A model generated the notes under the pieces. That model was given only the letters and a program-made list of their open reading frames with translations, was not told where the DNA came from and ran no database searches. DNA of 63,088 bases, the filler included, from Bilabrum cf. latius (taxonomy: Eukaryota), in NCBI GenBank assembly GCA_965178125.1. It is 3 parts of 3 records of this genome, joined end to end, with 100 filler letters (N's around TTAATTAATTAA, not from the genome) between each part and the next. Parts side by side here need not be neighbours in the genome. Positions count along the whole stretch, not along the records: positions 1 to 22,584 come from CBCXTV010000045.1; 2 more parts are not named here. The stretch is one strand, 5' to 3'. Shown here piece after piece: positions 1-11,800 of this stretch. Numbering within the stretch: position 1 is the first letter of the stretch; each line of letters begins with the position of its first letter. The position numbers and the translations under genes were made by a program.

Positions 1-452
1 TTGCTTTCTGCCGTGCGCAAGCACACTGAGCTGAAGCGCCGCAATGCCAAGCGTGAGGCGATGGGCCGTGCCGGTAGTGTCACCCCGGCGGCCAAGGCGT
101 TCCCCGCCGGTAATCCCGGCGGTGGAGGAGGCACCAAGGGAGCATGTCGTTCGTGGACTTCGAAGGGCTCGTGTCCACGTGGCTACAATTGCCCCTTTGC
201 GCACGACCCCGACAAGCGCGGGTCGGGCAAGGGTTCCGGCAAGGGAAAAGACCGGAAGGGCCGGGACCGGAGTCCCAGCCGGGCACGATCACCCTCTCCT
301 TCGACACCGGAGGAAAAGAAGAAGGTCAAATGCCCGTTCTTCGCGAAGGGCAACTGCCTCAAAGGAAGGATTGTGACATGAAGCATGTGAAGGCGTGCAA
401 TGCGTTTCAGAAAGGGGAATGCGCGAAGGGTGATGCGTGCCCCTACGCACAT
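1..452 (+). pseudogene. copia gag C-terminus with three CCCH-type zinc fingers
   Basis: CRSWTSKGSCPRGYNCPFAH; CPFFAKGNCLKG/KDCDMKH (frameshift near 365); CNAFQKGECAKGDACPYAH. Confidence 0.8.
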
Positions 453-909
453 GTCAAGCTTGACCGGGGCGAGAGCTCGGGGAGACCCAAGCGGGGTGGA
501 TCTCGCGGAAGGAGTCTTCCTCGGCGGCCCAAAGGCAAGGGCTCCGGGGGGGTCGCCGCGATTGCAGTGGCTTGCACTGATTCGCTTCGTTCTCGAGTCC
601 GGTTCGGCGAGAATCCTTTGGTGATGGAATACCCCGTGAAAAACATGAGAATCAACACGGCCGAGAGGCAGGCATACTGGGCATCCAGACAGCCGAGACG
701 AAGCATCCCTCCCCTCGGAGTCTTTGAGGATGAACTTCAGGCTGCAGCCCACGAAAAAGGCTTGAAGTGGGCCAAGGACCTGGGTCTCGGAGCAGGGGGA
801 GACCCCTGCGATGGGACACAAAGCGCCAGTGCGGGGGGAGACCCTTGCATGAGCAGTGCGCGCCGGTCCACGGGGCGGTCCACCCCGGCCAGGTCGGCCG
901 ACAAGCCGC

Positions 910-1260
910 CACGTCGATGGATTATCGACACGGGATCGTGTATCGACATTGTCGACAAGCGGACGTTGGCGTCCGAAGAAAAATCCCGTCTTGAGAAAAT
1001 TGACGAGCCCATTGAGCTCGCCACAGCAAATGGCATCACGCACGCGTCTGAACACTTGCGCACCAAGGCCGGTCGCGGGGACGATCATAAGGCCGTTGTG
1101 TTGCCGAACTCACAGAGCGTTTGGCCGCTCGGCAAAATGTGCATGGAGGAGGGCTTCGGCTTCAGCTGGAGTCCCAACACTTCTCTTTTTCTCGTGTGGC
1201 CCGATGGATCAAAGGCCACTCTGCAGGTCGAGAACGATGTGCCCGTCTTTCTCGTCACCG
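910..1260 (+). pseudogene. retrotransposon aspartic protease
   Basis: RRWIIDTGSCIDIV active site, LATANG flap, LGKMCMEEGFGFSW in ORF 144..1367. Confidence 0.85.
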
Positions 1261-1454
1261 CGCCGGCGCGGGGCGCCGCGCAGAACTCTGATGTGAAGCA
1301 AGAGCAGCCGGAGACGGCTGTGGGCAGCACTCGAGAGCGAGGGGAGACCCCTGCGGGGAGAAAGTGAGCAGTCGGTGCGGGGGAGACCTCTGGCAGAGGG
1401 CGCGAGTCCTCCCCCGCCGCCAAGGGCTGTCGACCCTGCTAGGGATCCGAATAG

Positions 1455-2235
1455 CTTGCAGCATATGCTCAGTCACTTCCCGAAGCTCTCGAACTGTCCT
1501 GTCTGTTCTCAGGCGAAAGCTCAGAAGGCTCAGCACCGTCGACGAAGTGGGTCGCCGTCAGCCGATTCGTCCAAACAGGAGCCTGGAGCGGCCACGGACA
1601 AATTCGGCGGGCTTGTGACGGCTGATCATGTTGTTATCGCCGACGCGGAAGAGATGTCCCGTCATGGTGATGCCGTCGCTCTGGTTGTGCAGGACATGCC
1701 ACTCGTTGGCTGGCCTGTTTTCTTGGCGCTCAGAAGTCGGCCCAAGAGACATTACAGGGCCCTTCAATCCTTTGCCGGATCGCGAGATAAGGCTGAGATC
1801 TTCTATATGGATGGCTCAGGGGAATTGGCCATGACGTGGCCAGCCCGCACCGACCCCAGACCAACGGGGTGGCTGAGCGCGCGGTTCGGAGGGTTTTGGA
1901 AGGTACTCGGGCGATCTTGCTTCAGTCTGGCCTTCCGCATCACTTTTGGGTTGAGGCCGCGTGTTGTTTTTGCTTCCTTCGGAATGTTCAGGATGTGATT
2001 CGTGACGAGAAGACTCCTTTCATGTTGCGCCATGGCTTTGACTTTGTCGGTGAACGTGTCCCTTTCGGAGCGAAGATTGAATACATTCCGACGTCAAAGC
2101 GCGAAGCCGACCAGGTTCAGAAGTTTGGCTCTCGAACCAGGTCCGGCATCTTTGTCGGGTATCACGTGGCGAGTGGCGGGCGTTGGACGGGGGACTACCT
2201 TGTGTTGGATCTCCAAACGCTCGCCGCAGTGTTGA
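1455..2235 (+). pseudogene. copia integrase (HHCC + DDE core + GIFVGY), frameshifted
   Basis: HMLSHFPKLSNCPVC; VTADH; YMDGSGEL; PHRPQTNGVAERAVRRV..SGLPHHFWVEA; PFGAK..KFGSRTRSGIFVGY. Confidence 0.9.
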
Positions 2236-3299
2236 GCTGCGATACGCGACAGTCCACCGCGTGAAGGACATCGTCGTCGTGAATCGTCGGGGGCCCTTTG
2301 AGTTCCCGATCAAAGACGGCAGCGTGAAACTTGTCGCCCGTGATATGAGCGACGAACGTGGCACGGCGTTGGGCGAAGCGCCGCGCGACACAGCACTCGA
2401 TCCCACTGCGGAGGATCTTCCACGTGAGCCCCAGGAGGAAAGGGCTGTGGGAGACCGCAGCGGTCCGTTTGACGATCCTGCGAGGGCCGGGGGAGACCCC
2501 AGCAGTGCGAGGGGAGACCCCCGTTGCACACCCTCCGGGGTCGGGGGCGAGGGTCCGGTCTATGGCCCCGTCTTACAGGACGAATGGCTTGATCGTCCTA
2601 CCGTCTTGATCCGCGTGCACCATGTCCCGCGTCGGAGATGTTTTCGCCCGCGGAAAGCGAGGACCCTCCGCCAGTACCCATGACTCACATCGATGTCGCG
2701 CGCTCCACCCGGACGAATTTGGACACGCTTGACGAGCGAAAAATTGATGACGTCTGGGACGGCTCAGATCGCGATTCTCGCACCCTGTCTGACATGCGGA
2801 CAGGGGAGACCGTTTTTCAGAAGCTTTTCGTGTCGCCCCCTGGTTATGAGGTTGTTGCCGGGCGGTTGACGCGTAGGCAGCGCACGTCACGGCCGGGGAA
2901 TATCTGCCTGAGGTCTGGGACGCGATGTCACGCAAGGAGCAGGCGAAGGGCCGTGGCCGATTGGGTTGTGATGTCAAAGCTCACCGCAGCAGCCCGCGAA
3001 TGCCGTGGCCTCCAGGTCGGCGTTGATGGAACCGAAGCGACCACGACCCTCGATCTGCCCGGGCCCAAGGTCCCCGTTGCGCCCGTGACCGGATCCGCCT
3101 TAAGCGCACCGGGAGACCGGTGCAGCAGGGCGGGGGAGACCCCTGCGAGGGTCCTCCAGTGGCGTGGGAAGACGCTCCGGTCATGCCTGTTAGTTCGATC
3201 CACGACGACGGCGGTTTTTTCCGCCGAGGAGCATCGCGAGAAGATGCCCCGTATCTCGGGCCAGGCCCTTGTGGCCCGTGGAATCCCTCTCAAGGAGGC

Positions 3300-4816
3300 C
3301 CTGCAGATTCCCGAGGCCAAGAAGGCGCTTGACGCTGAATGGCAGAAACTCTGGGATATGAAATGCTGGGACGCCTCCACGGTCCGGGAGTTCGACGAAG
3401 TGCGTCGGGAGACCGACGCAGTTGGTCGGACAGCGCATTTCGGGCGGGTTTCCCGTTGTGCGTAGAAAAGCATTCGGAATTGCCCCCGGACCAGAGGAAG
3501 TACAAGGGGCGCGTCGTGTTCCAAGGGAATCACGTTCAGGATCAAAACGCGAACTATGCCGTGTTCGACGAGCTGGCCTCGAGTGCCAGCCTGATGTCGG
3601 CCGGTAAAATGCTCGACCTTATAGGATGCCAGGAGGGTTTCTCGGTCGAGCAGAGCGACGCGCAGCAGGCCTACACCCCAATCTGAGCTCGGTGGGACCG
3701 AAACTTGGATCATGCTGCCACGCGACCAGTGGCGGCCAGGGTGGGCCGGCAAATACCGGGTGCCGGTTGTCCGACTGCGCTTGGCGCTGTACGGGCACCC
3801 CCTTAGTGGGGCCGATTGGGAACGGCATTGCACGAGCAAGCTCAAAGAGGTCGGATTTCAGAGCATCCCGACTTGGGAGTCCTGCTTCGTGCACCCCGAG
3901 CTTCGTCTCGTCCTTAGTGTGTACGTGGACGATTTCAAGCTCGCGGGACCGGTCGGAAATCTCGCCGAAGGGTTGGCGTCGTATCTGATCCGTCATCAAA
4001 ATGGACGACCCGACGCCCCTCGGCAAGTACCTCGGGTGTGGTCACGAGTTAGGAGACCGTGATCTCGATGCGTGGACGGACTTGTTTTCTACGTATGGCG
4101 TCCTCTTGAAGGGTGCTCTGCAAAGTGCCGCCGACGACGACCCCCGCCGCGGAGTGCGATGGGGGACCGTCGCTGAGCGTGGGGAGACCCACGCGGGGCG
4201 ATGGGAGACCGTTGCGCGGCCAGCAGGACCGGGGGCGTGGGGTCACGTACGACATGCGTGGCTTCATGGAGCAGTGCGTTGAGCGATACCTTGACTTGAG
4301 CGGCGTGCCGCGCTCTTCGCTCCGTCATGCTCCGACCCCGTCGCTCGACGAGACGTCGTTCACAGACGCGGATTTGGAGGCAAAGGGCGAACTTTCCAGT
4401 ATCGCCGCTCGCGTGCTCATGAAGATTCTCTATGCCGCACGCATGTGCCGATACGAGTTGTTGTATGCCGTGTCGTCCTTGGCGCGTGAGGTCACAAGGT
4501 GGACTCGCGCTTGCGACAAACCGCTGTGGCGGCTGGTGTGCTATATCCATTCGACTAAGGACCTGGTCCTGACGTCCGTCGTCGGAGATGCGTTTGTCCC
4601 AATGTCGCATGCTGATGTTCTGCGACAGTGACTTCGCCGGCGACCGCCGCACTAGCAAGTCTACGTCGGGCCTCTACCTCGCACTGGTCGGGCCGCGCAC
4701 GTTCGCGCCTATCGGGGCCATCTCTAAGGCCCAGTCGGCCGTCTCGCATTCTAGTACAGAATCCGAGATCATCGCGTTGGAATACGCGCTGCGCGTCGAA
4801 GGCTTACCCGCCATGG
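3300..4816 (+). pseudogene. copia reverse transcriptase and RNase H, frameshifted, RNase H truncated at 4816
   Basis: ALDAEWQKL; EKHSEL..YKGRVVFQGN; SDAQQAY; LALYGHPLSG; VYVDDFKLAG; LGKYLG; FCDSDFAGDRRTSKSTSG..SHSSTESEIIA. Confidence 0.93.
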
Positions 4817-4847
4817 TATGAAGGTCGGGGCTAACCTCTTAGGTGAC
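4817..4847 (+). repeat. left bipartite terminal inverted repeat
   Basis: tatgaaggtcggggctaa followed directly by cctcttaggtgac. Confidence 0.8.
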
Positions 4848-5090
4848 TTCTTGGATTTTCGCCATGAAAGAAATGGTCGCAAACCTGTTCTGTGGGCCAT
4901 GGTCAGAGAAATTCCGTGACTTTTAGGTCAGAATAGGCGCATTGGTCATGTCTGGGGGGTTCGGTCAGGTCTTCATCTGCGCCACCCGCGGCCATTTTTA
5001 AGCGCTTTAGGCCTCCTCGGCGGCCTACCCTCCCCGAACGGCCTCCGAGGAGGCCAACTCGCGCACGCTTCCCCCCGCACGGCCAGCGTC

Positions 5091-7034
5091 ATGGCCTCCA
5101 ACAGCGGCAGCCAGATGCCCGCCGACGGCCAGATGCCGAACCCGATGGGCAGCGGCGGCGGCCAGATGCAGATGGGCCAGATGCAGATGGGCGGCGGCCA
5201 GATGCAGATGGGCGGCGGCCAGCTGCCGAACCCGATGGGCGGCGGCCAGATGCAGATGGGCGGCGGCCCGGCGCCATTGCCGATGGGCAGCCAGATGCAG
5301 ATGGGCGGCCAGATGAGCCAGGTTGGTGCTTGGCTTGGGCCAGCAGATTCATCGGCGACGCCGTCCGAGGTGGTGGACAGCTCATATGCCGGCCACCCCG
5401 GTGACCCCGGCCAGAGGCAGCCGCAGACCTATGCGGGTGATGAGGACCTTACAGTCTGTAGGAGGGGTCAGGTCAGATTGTCAGATCTCTTTGACCAGTG
5501 CAGTTGTGTGTGTTCAGCTTTACATCACTTCGCAGGTCAGCTCTTGGCAGGCCAGATGATCCCGAATCACAAGCCTTTGCCATGCTTGAGGAGAATGTTG
5601 ATGGAGCCGGCGAGCCAGATGACAGTCAGTTAGAGGAGACCGATGTTGGCCAGATGCGTGCGGAAGATTGCCAGAGGTCGTTCGCCAGATCCATGGTGTA
5701 CATCAATTGGTTGGCCAACATCCAACATGCTGCCGCCATCTGCTTGCTCGGCCATATCTATTGGTTCTTGAACAGGCTTGAATCCCAGACAGAGACTTGG
5801 GCCAGATATCTTGATCTGGCCACAGACCCAGAAGTGGTGGAGGCCACCGGCCATATTCTGACGCCTCCGGAGGGGCTCTTTGATGTCCCCCCCGCGATCG
5901 TCATGCCAGAGGACGACAGCCAGAGTTTTGCGGAGTACGATAGCCAGAGCTCTTTGGGCCACCAGATGCAGCACCCGGCCAATGTTCAGAAGCAATGGCA
6001 GGGGCTGGCGCAGGGCAGCAGGTCGTGTATGTGCCCGTGCTTGTGGGTCCGGACGGCCAACCATTCCAGCATCCAGGCCAGCAGCCCATCCAGCGGTCCG
6101 GCCAGCAGCCCATGCAGCAGATGCAGCAGCAGCCAACTGCAGCAGACATGCAGCAGCCAGGCCAGCAGCAGATGGGCCAGCAAATGATGCAGCAGCCGAT
6201 GCAGATGCAGCAGCCACAGCAGCAGCAGACAGCACCGCAGCAGCAGCAGCAGCAGGCCATCCAGCAGCCCACGCAGCATCCGCAGCAGCAGCAGGCCCTC
6301 CCGGTCAAAGCCGTGCCGGCGCATTTGCAGCCCAAGGCGCCGCCTCCGCTTTTTCAGCCACAGGGCCAGATGCAGACACAGCAGCAGCCACAAATGCTGG
6401 GCCAGATTCCGCAGCAGCAGCAGCAGCAGCAGCAGCAACAAGTGCATGAGCAGCAGCAGCAGCAGCAGTATGTGCAGGGCCAGATTCCGCAGCACCAGCA
6501 GCAGTCCCAAGTGCAGCAGGAGCAGCAGCAGCATATGCATGGCCAGATGCAGCAGCAGCAGCATCCGATGCAGGCATGGCAGTCGCAGGAGCAGCAGCAG
6601 CCACAGATGCATGGCCAGCAGCCGCCTCAGCAGACAATGCAGCCTGAGGGCCAGCAGCAGTTGCCTCCGCAGTTCGCACAAACGCAGGGCCAGATGCAGC
6701 AGCACAGCTTTCATGGCCAGACGATCACTGCCATGTCGTTTGGAGGCGGTGTTGGCCAGCGTCCGGTCCAGCAGGACTTCCGCTTGGGCCAGCAGCAGCA
6801 GGGCCAGCAGCAGCAGCCAGTGCAGCAGCAGATGCAGGGCCAGCCACAGCCACAGCAGCAGGTACAGGGGCGCGATGTCGCGCCGCACTCGCAGGCCGCC
6901 GGCGTCCTGACCGGCCAGCCACCACAGCAGCAGCAGCAGCAGCAGCAGGAGCAGCAGCAGCAGCAGGATGCACCCCCACAGGACCAGGGGCAGGGCCAGC
7001 AGCAGACAGGCCAGCAGCCGCAGCAGGCGGCCCC

Positions 7035-7067
<33 letters not shown>

Positions 7068-7133
7068 CGCACCCCCACAGGACCAGGGGCAAGGCCAGCA
7101 GCAGACAGGCCAGCAGCCGCAGCAGGCGGCCCC

Positions 7134-7208
<75 letters not shown>

Positions 7209-7719
7209 GCAGCACCTTCCCGGCCAGAACCCCCCGAACGTCCAGATCGGGGCGAACCAGGCCATCGATGTCGAGCAGGCGGCCAGATACATCATGAACG
7301 CGCGGGCCAGAATTCCGCGCGGACGCCAGCAGATTGGCCAGCCGGAGGAGTTGCCGTTCCCCAAGTTCGGCATGGGGAGCGGCGCGGACAGAGTGGCCAG
7401 ACATGGCCAGCAGGGGCTCGCGGAGGTCAGAGACGAGCCGGGCCGGCCAGTGTGGGACCTTGAGTACCCGGTGGGGATCAAGTTTGTGGTCAGAGATTGC
7501 GAGCCAGACTGGGACATCAACATGGCCAGCGCCTTAGCTTCTGCGCTGCTGAGGAGGAGAGGCCAGGGGTGTGGTCAGCATGGAAGAGAAAGGCTGGACA
7601 GATGGGATGCTTCAGCTATCGATGTTGCACAGGTCTGGTCAGTCATGTCTGCATGTTTCATCAAGAAGCTTATCCTGCCATGTATCCAGTCGTCTGCCAA
7701 GGGGATATATGATTCATAG
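5091..7719 (+). CDS. Gln/Met/Gly-rich low-complexity (polyQ) protein, split over three frames (5091..5633, 5498..6187, 5995..7719) by introns or indels; unknown function
   Basis: MASNSGSQMP..GGGQMQM repeats from ATG 5091, globular-looking middle (SMVYINWLANIQH..), long Q tracts, non-repetitive C-terminus. Confidence 0.6.
7135..7206 (+). repeat. pure (CAG)~24 tract within the polyQ gene
   Basis: uninterrupted cag run. Confidence 0.95.
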
Positions 7720-7744
7720 TTGATTCCATGTTGTTATGTTTTGC

Positions 7745-7946
7745 GTATGGTGTTGATATGCTGTTGATATGGTGTTGATATGTTGTTGATATGTTGTTGA
7801 TATTTCGTTGATATGGTGTTGATATGTTGTTGATATGGTGTTGATATGGTGTTGATACCTTGTTGATATGGTGTTGATATGGTGTTGATATGGTGTTGAT
7901 ATGGTGTTGATATGGTGTTGATATGGTGTTGATATGGTGTTTATAT
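7745..7946 (-). repeat. 11-bp tandem array (GGTGTTGATAT on +, ATATCAACACC on -)
   Basis: directly visible; translates as HHINTISTPYQ periodicity. Confidence 0.95.
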
Positions 7947-8872
7947 GCTCTTGATTTTCAAAACGTGTTTTAGGCCAGACGTCTTGGCCATATGGGTGCC
8001 TCCAACGTTCAATCTCATCCCCCTTGGGCAAGGAACTTGGGAACATGGGCACGATTCCACGACGTGTCTAATCATGCCTTTGTGGAGCACTTGATTGGGT
8101 GAGGTCAGAAGAACAGCAAGGTCATGGAAGAGAAGGGCATGTTGGCCAGAGGCTCGAGGTCAGAACGCACAGTCAATTATGTTCTCGGACAATTGTTCGA
8201 TGCTTGAGCTAAGGTCAGACAATGGATGGAATTCGGGCTCGCAGGCCAGATGCGGGTTCATGCTCGGCCAGTCTCGGGCCATATCGGCGAGTATTTTATC
8301 CTTCGCCAGCTCGGACGGCCAGCAGACTCCGGGGCCATAATGTATATCTTTTGTTTCCAAGACGTCGACGTGGCCAGATACGCCTTCGAGGTCGCTGAGA
8401 CCTGGTGGGCGCGGTCAGATATCGATGTCCGCGGCTGGCGGATGTGTGGGGTCAGATGGTACGTGCCTCGCCGCAGGTGAGGCACTGGCCAGCTGCCCCA
8501 CCATCCGGCCAGATACATCATGCGCATGCCAGCAGGCAACACACTTGAGGAAGGTCAGAGATTTACTTTTGCGCACATCGTCGGTCAGAGACTTATGGTC
8601 GGTGATCAGGCAGGTCTCTGTTGGTCATTCCATCGAGGTCATTGTTGGTTTCATAGGGGTGTGCGTTGCACTTGTGACATTGTCTCCCTTTTTATTACCA
8701 TTTGGGCCAAAGACAGTTTCAGTGCATAGGCATGGTTGATTTGATATTGGGATCTTGTTGATACTCTGTTGATACTTGGGATGGGAGACAGCCTGGCCTT
8801 GACACTGCAAGTCGATGGCCATCATCACAGATGCCATAGCAATCTTGGCTCAGGGCACCCCAAGCCACCAGC

Positions 8873-11800
8873 ATGGGTGATATATGTATTTTCCCCACCC
8901 ATGTGGGAAAACGCACACGCCCAGTGGACGACTTATCTCGAGTTGGACAATCGGTGTTGGCGATTGTAGTTGGAGGTGTTGGTGCGAGATGGTCAGCTGA
9001 GATGAATGGACACTCAGAAAAGGCCAAAGACCTGAGGTCTTCGCTGCCTGACGCGGCCAGGGGGGACGGCCAGATGCTTTCCGATGGTGGTCATTATGCC
9101 TTGGGCATCGCAGTCTTCGAAGGTTGGCGCTTTGTGCAGGACATGGCCAGCAGTGTGCAGACGTTCCAGATGATGGAGGCCAACCGTTGTCTGCATCCTA
9201 AGCGTGTTGGCCAACAGTTCTTGGAGCATCGCATCCTGGCATGCGCCTCCTTGGGCCAGGGCTTGGACTCGGTCAGAAAGTTGCCTCAAGGTTTTGCGGA
9301 TCTTCCACCGGCCAGACTGGGCCGCGAGTTGCTAGAGATCATGCGGGTGGAGGATTCCCCGATGGTGCAGTTCACCTTGGGCAAGGCTTCCAGCTCTCCG
9401 ATGCGTGTTTCTGATCTGCTGGCTATGTGGGGTTGTGAGTTCACCTTCGATGTGAGGAATGTGATTGGGGTCATCTTCATGCCAGAGTTGGCTTTTGCGA
9501 TGGTCAGAGGCCAATGGTGGGGCGATGTGTCAGTGCGCTGTCAGAGGGAGGACAAGGTGGCGAATATGTTCCCGGTTCTGCCCCCTGTTAGGCAGATGCG
9601 CCGCTTTATGGCCAGCGGGGCTGGTCAGATTGGTTGTCCCCCAGTTGAGAGGGAGGAGAAGGCTTTCCAGAAGAGGGGGTTCATCAGGCTCATCCCCGGC
9701 AAGGACCTATTGGCCAACATTCGTTGCGGACAGCATCTCGCGAACCAGTCGATGGCTAGGGAGTCGTTGGTCAACTCTCTGAAGTTCTTCCATCCGAGGG
9801 GCTGGAAGGAGAAGATCGCCAACTTCGAGGGCCAGTTGGATAGAATCCCAAAGGCCAACACCATACGTTTGGGTCGCATCAAGCTTGACATCGCATGCAT
9901 GTTGGCCAGAAGGAAGATCCACAAGGCCAACGGCCCGGCCATTCGATTCCTCTCATGCGACGCAAGTCCGCAATTGGGGATTGAGATCTTCGCGTCCGTC
10001 GAGCGGGTCATCTCGGTCAGCGACATGGAGCTCAAGTTTTCTACTGGCCAGTTACCCAATGTGGAGGATCGGAGGATGCCGCTTGCAGTCTTGGGGTCAG
10101 GGCGCATGGGCGTCGCTGAGAAGGCCCAAGCTTTGATCCACCAGACGTGGTTGGAATACGGGCCAGGGATCGAAGATGTTAGGGCTGCATGTGGAGAGGT
10201 CAGACAGATCTTGACAGATATGGGCACGGAACTTGCCATCGTCGACTTGTCGGACATCATCAACGAGACCCTCGGCCAGACAGTTCGAGAGGCGGGCGCC
10301 TGTGAGCGAGGCTGGCTGTTCCCGAAGGCCATCGCAGTTCCGGGTCCTCAACACATCTTGGACAGCGTCTTGCGGGCCAGCGTCGAGAGACTTGACTGGT
10401 GGCCAGAGTGGCAGAGCCAGGCCAAGATAGTGTGTCAGCACTTGAGTCCACTTGGACATCGACAGCATCTCCAGGAACTCTTGCGGAAGCGGTTTCGCGG
10501 TCAGACAGGTCAGATCAATGTCCTCACCAAGCTCCTCAGCACAAGTTGCACGAAGTTTGCAGCCTGGCGGTGGAAGACCTTGGCTTCGGTCACATCTGAC
10601 CTGGCGAGATTACGCCCTGCGGTGGTCGCGGCCATCGGCGAGGATGTGAAGGTGGAGGATATGGCCAGCAGGGATACCGGACGGGCAGCCTCATTCTTGG
10701 CCATTTGTCGCGATGAGGAGTTCTGGGTTCGCAACGATGCGCTGGGCCAGCTCGTTTCCCCAATGGCCAGCTTTTCGGGCTGGGTCAGAGGCTGTGATTG
10801 CCATGAGCAGGAGCTCTTGCAGGGCAAGGAGGTCGAGTGTCCTTGGAAGGGCTGCCGGGCCACCGGCCTGGCTGCGCGCTTTGCAGCATGCCTCAGCCAG
10901 TTGCAGGAGTTGCGGGCCAGCGCGTTGAACACTTGTGTGTCTCCGGCCTTGACGACCATGTTGTCCATGCTGAAGGTCAAGTTGCGCTGGGTCAACGAGC
11001 CGCCATTCTTGATTTGGCAAGCGACACGGCCAGAGGTTGCAGCGGAATTTCTTCGCCAACGTGATGGTCAAGTGGACGCGGACCAGCAACCTCACCGGGT
11101 CACCGAGTTGTTCGCAGGAACCCATGAGGGAAGCTTCCGAAGCGACATGGAGGCCTTCGCGGGGACGGGCCAGTTGAGCGAGGGTCTGGCCAGAGAGATT
11201 TTCGCCTACCAGCTGTGCAAGGTGGACGACACATGGGCAGAAACTGTCCACCGGGACATCACTTCCAAGGCGGCCAGAGCAACGGGTGCGAAGCTTCCTT
11301 ATGCTGCGGCCAGCTTGCGGCTCAAGCAGAACATGGATTTCGTCGAGGCCATGGCCAGCGACAGTCATGTCTGCATGTGTCTCGAGAGGTTCCGGGCCAT
11401 TGCACATCCCCAGCCCAAGTTGGCCAGCAAACTAGTTCAGCCCAAGAGCATGAAGGCGCAGGCTTGTATTGAGAAGGTTTACAGGTTGGGCCAGGACTCC
11501 CGCAAGGATTGGGGGAAGGAGCTCGGCAGCGCCCTATTGAATGTCATCGGCACCTTGTCGCCGGCCAGATTGTCCCTTGTTGGGCGTTTGAAGGCCGAGT
11601 TCCTGGCCAGTGTCTTGCAGGACAACGGAGTCTACAGTGTGCCTGGCAGTGGACAGGTGCCAGAGCTTCTCGACGAGGGCCAGCAGTCGACCGGCCAGAG
11701 CTTCTTCTTCGAGGTCATCGACAAGCAGGTCAGACGCAAGAAACAGTTGCGTTTCTCCCTTGCTTTCCAGAAGGAGCAAGGGATGGGACTGCCCATGAGC

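Larger units (their letters stand above)
1..4816 (+). mobile_element. Ty1/copia LTR retrotransposon internal region, frameshifted, 5' end outside window, truncated within RNase H
   Basis: Domain order gag-PR-INT-RT-RH (integrase before RT = copia). Motifs: WIIDTGS; HxxxH..CPVC; PQTNGVAER; YKGRVVFQG; ALYGHPLSG; YVDD; CDSDFAG..SSTESEI. Spread over several reading frames. Confidence 0.95.

Noticed and set aside
1-4816. Programmed frameshifting or LTR/PBS/PPT in the copia
   Set aside because: Frameshifts are numerous and fall inside domains (decay or indel errors); no LTR lies within the window
5986-7523. Long poly-Leu, poly-Cys, poly-Ala and poly-Ser ORFs
   Set aside because: Shadow frames of the CAG-rich gene
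8095-8740. Short + strand ORFs upstream of the transposase
   Set aside because: Could be extra exons or a small gene, but no motif or confident splice model supports a call
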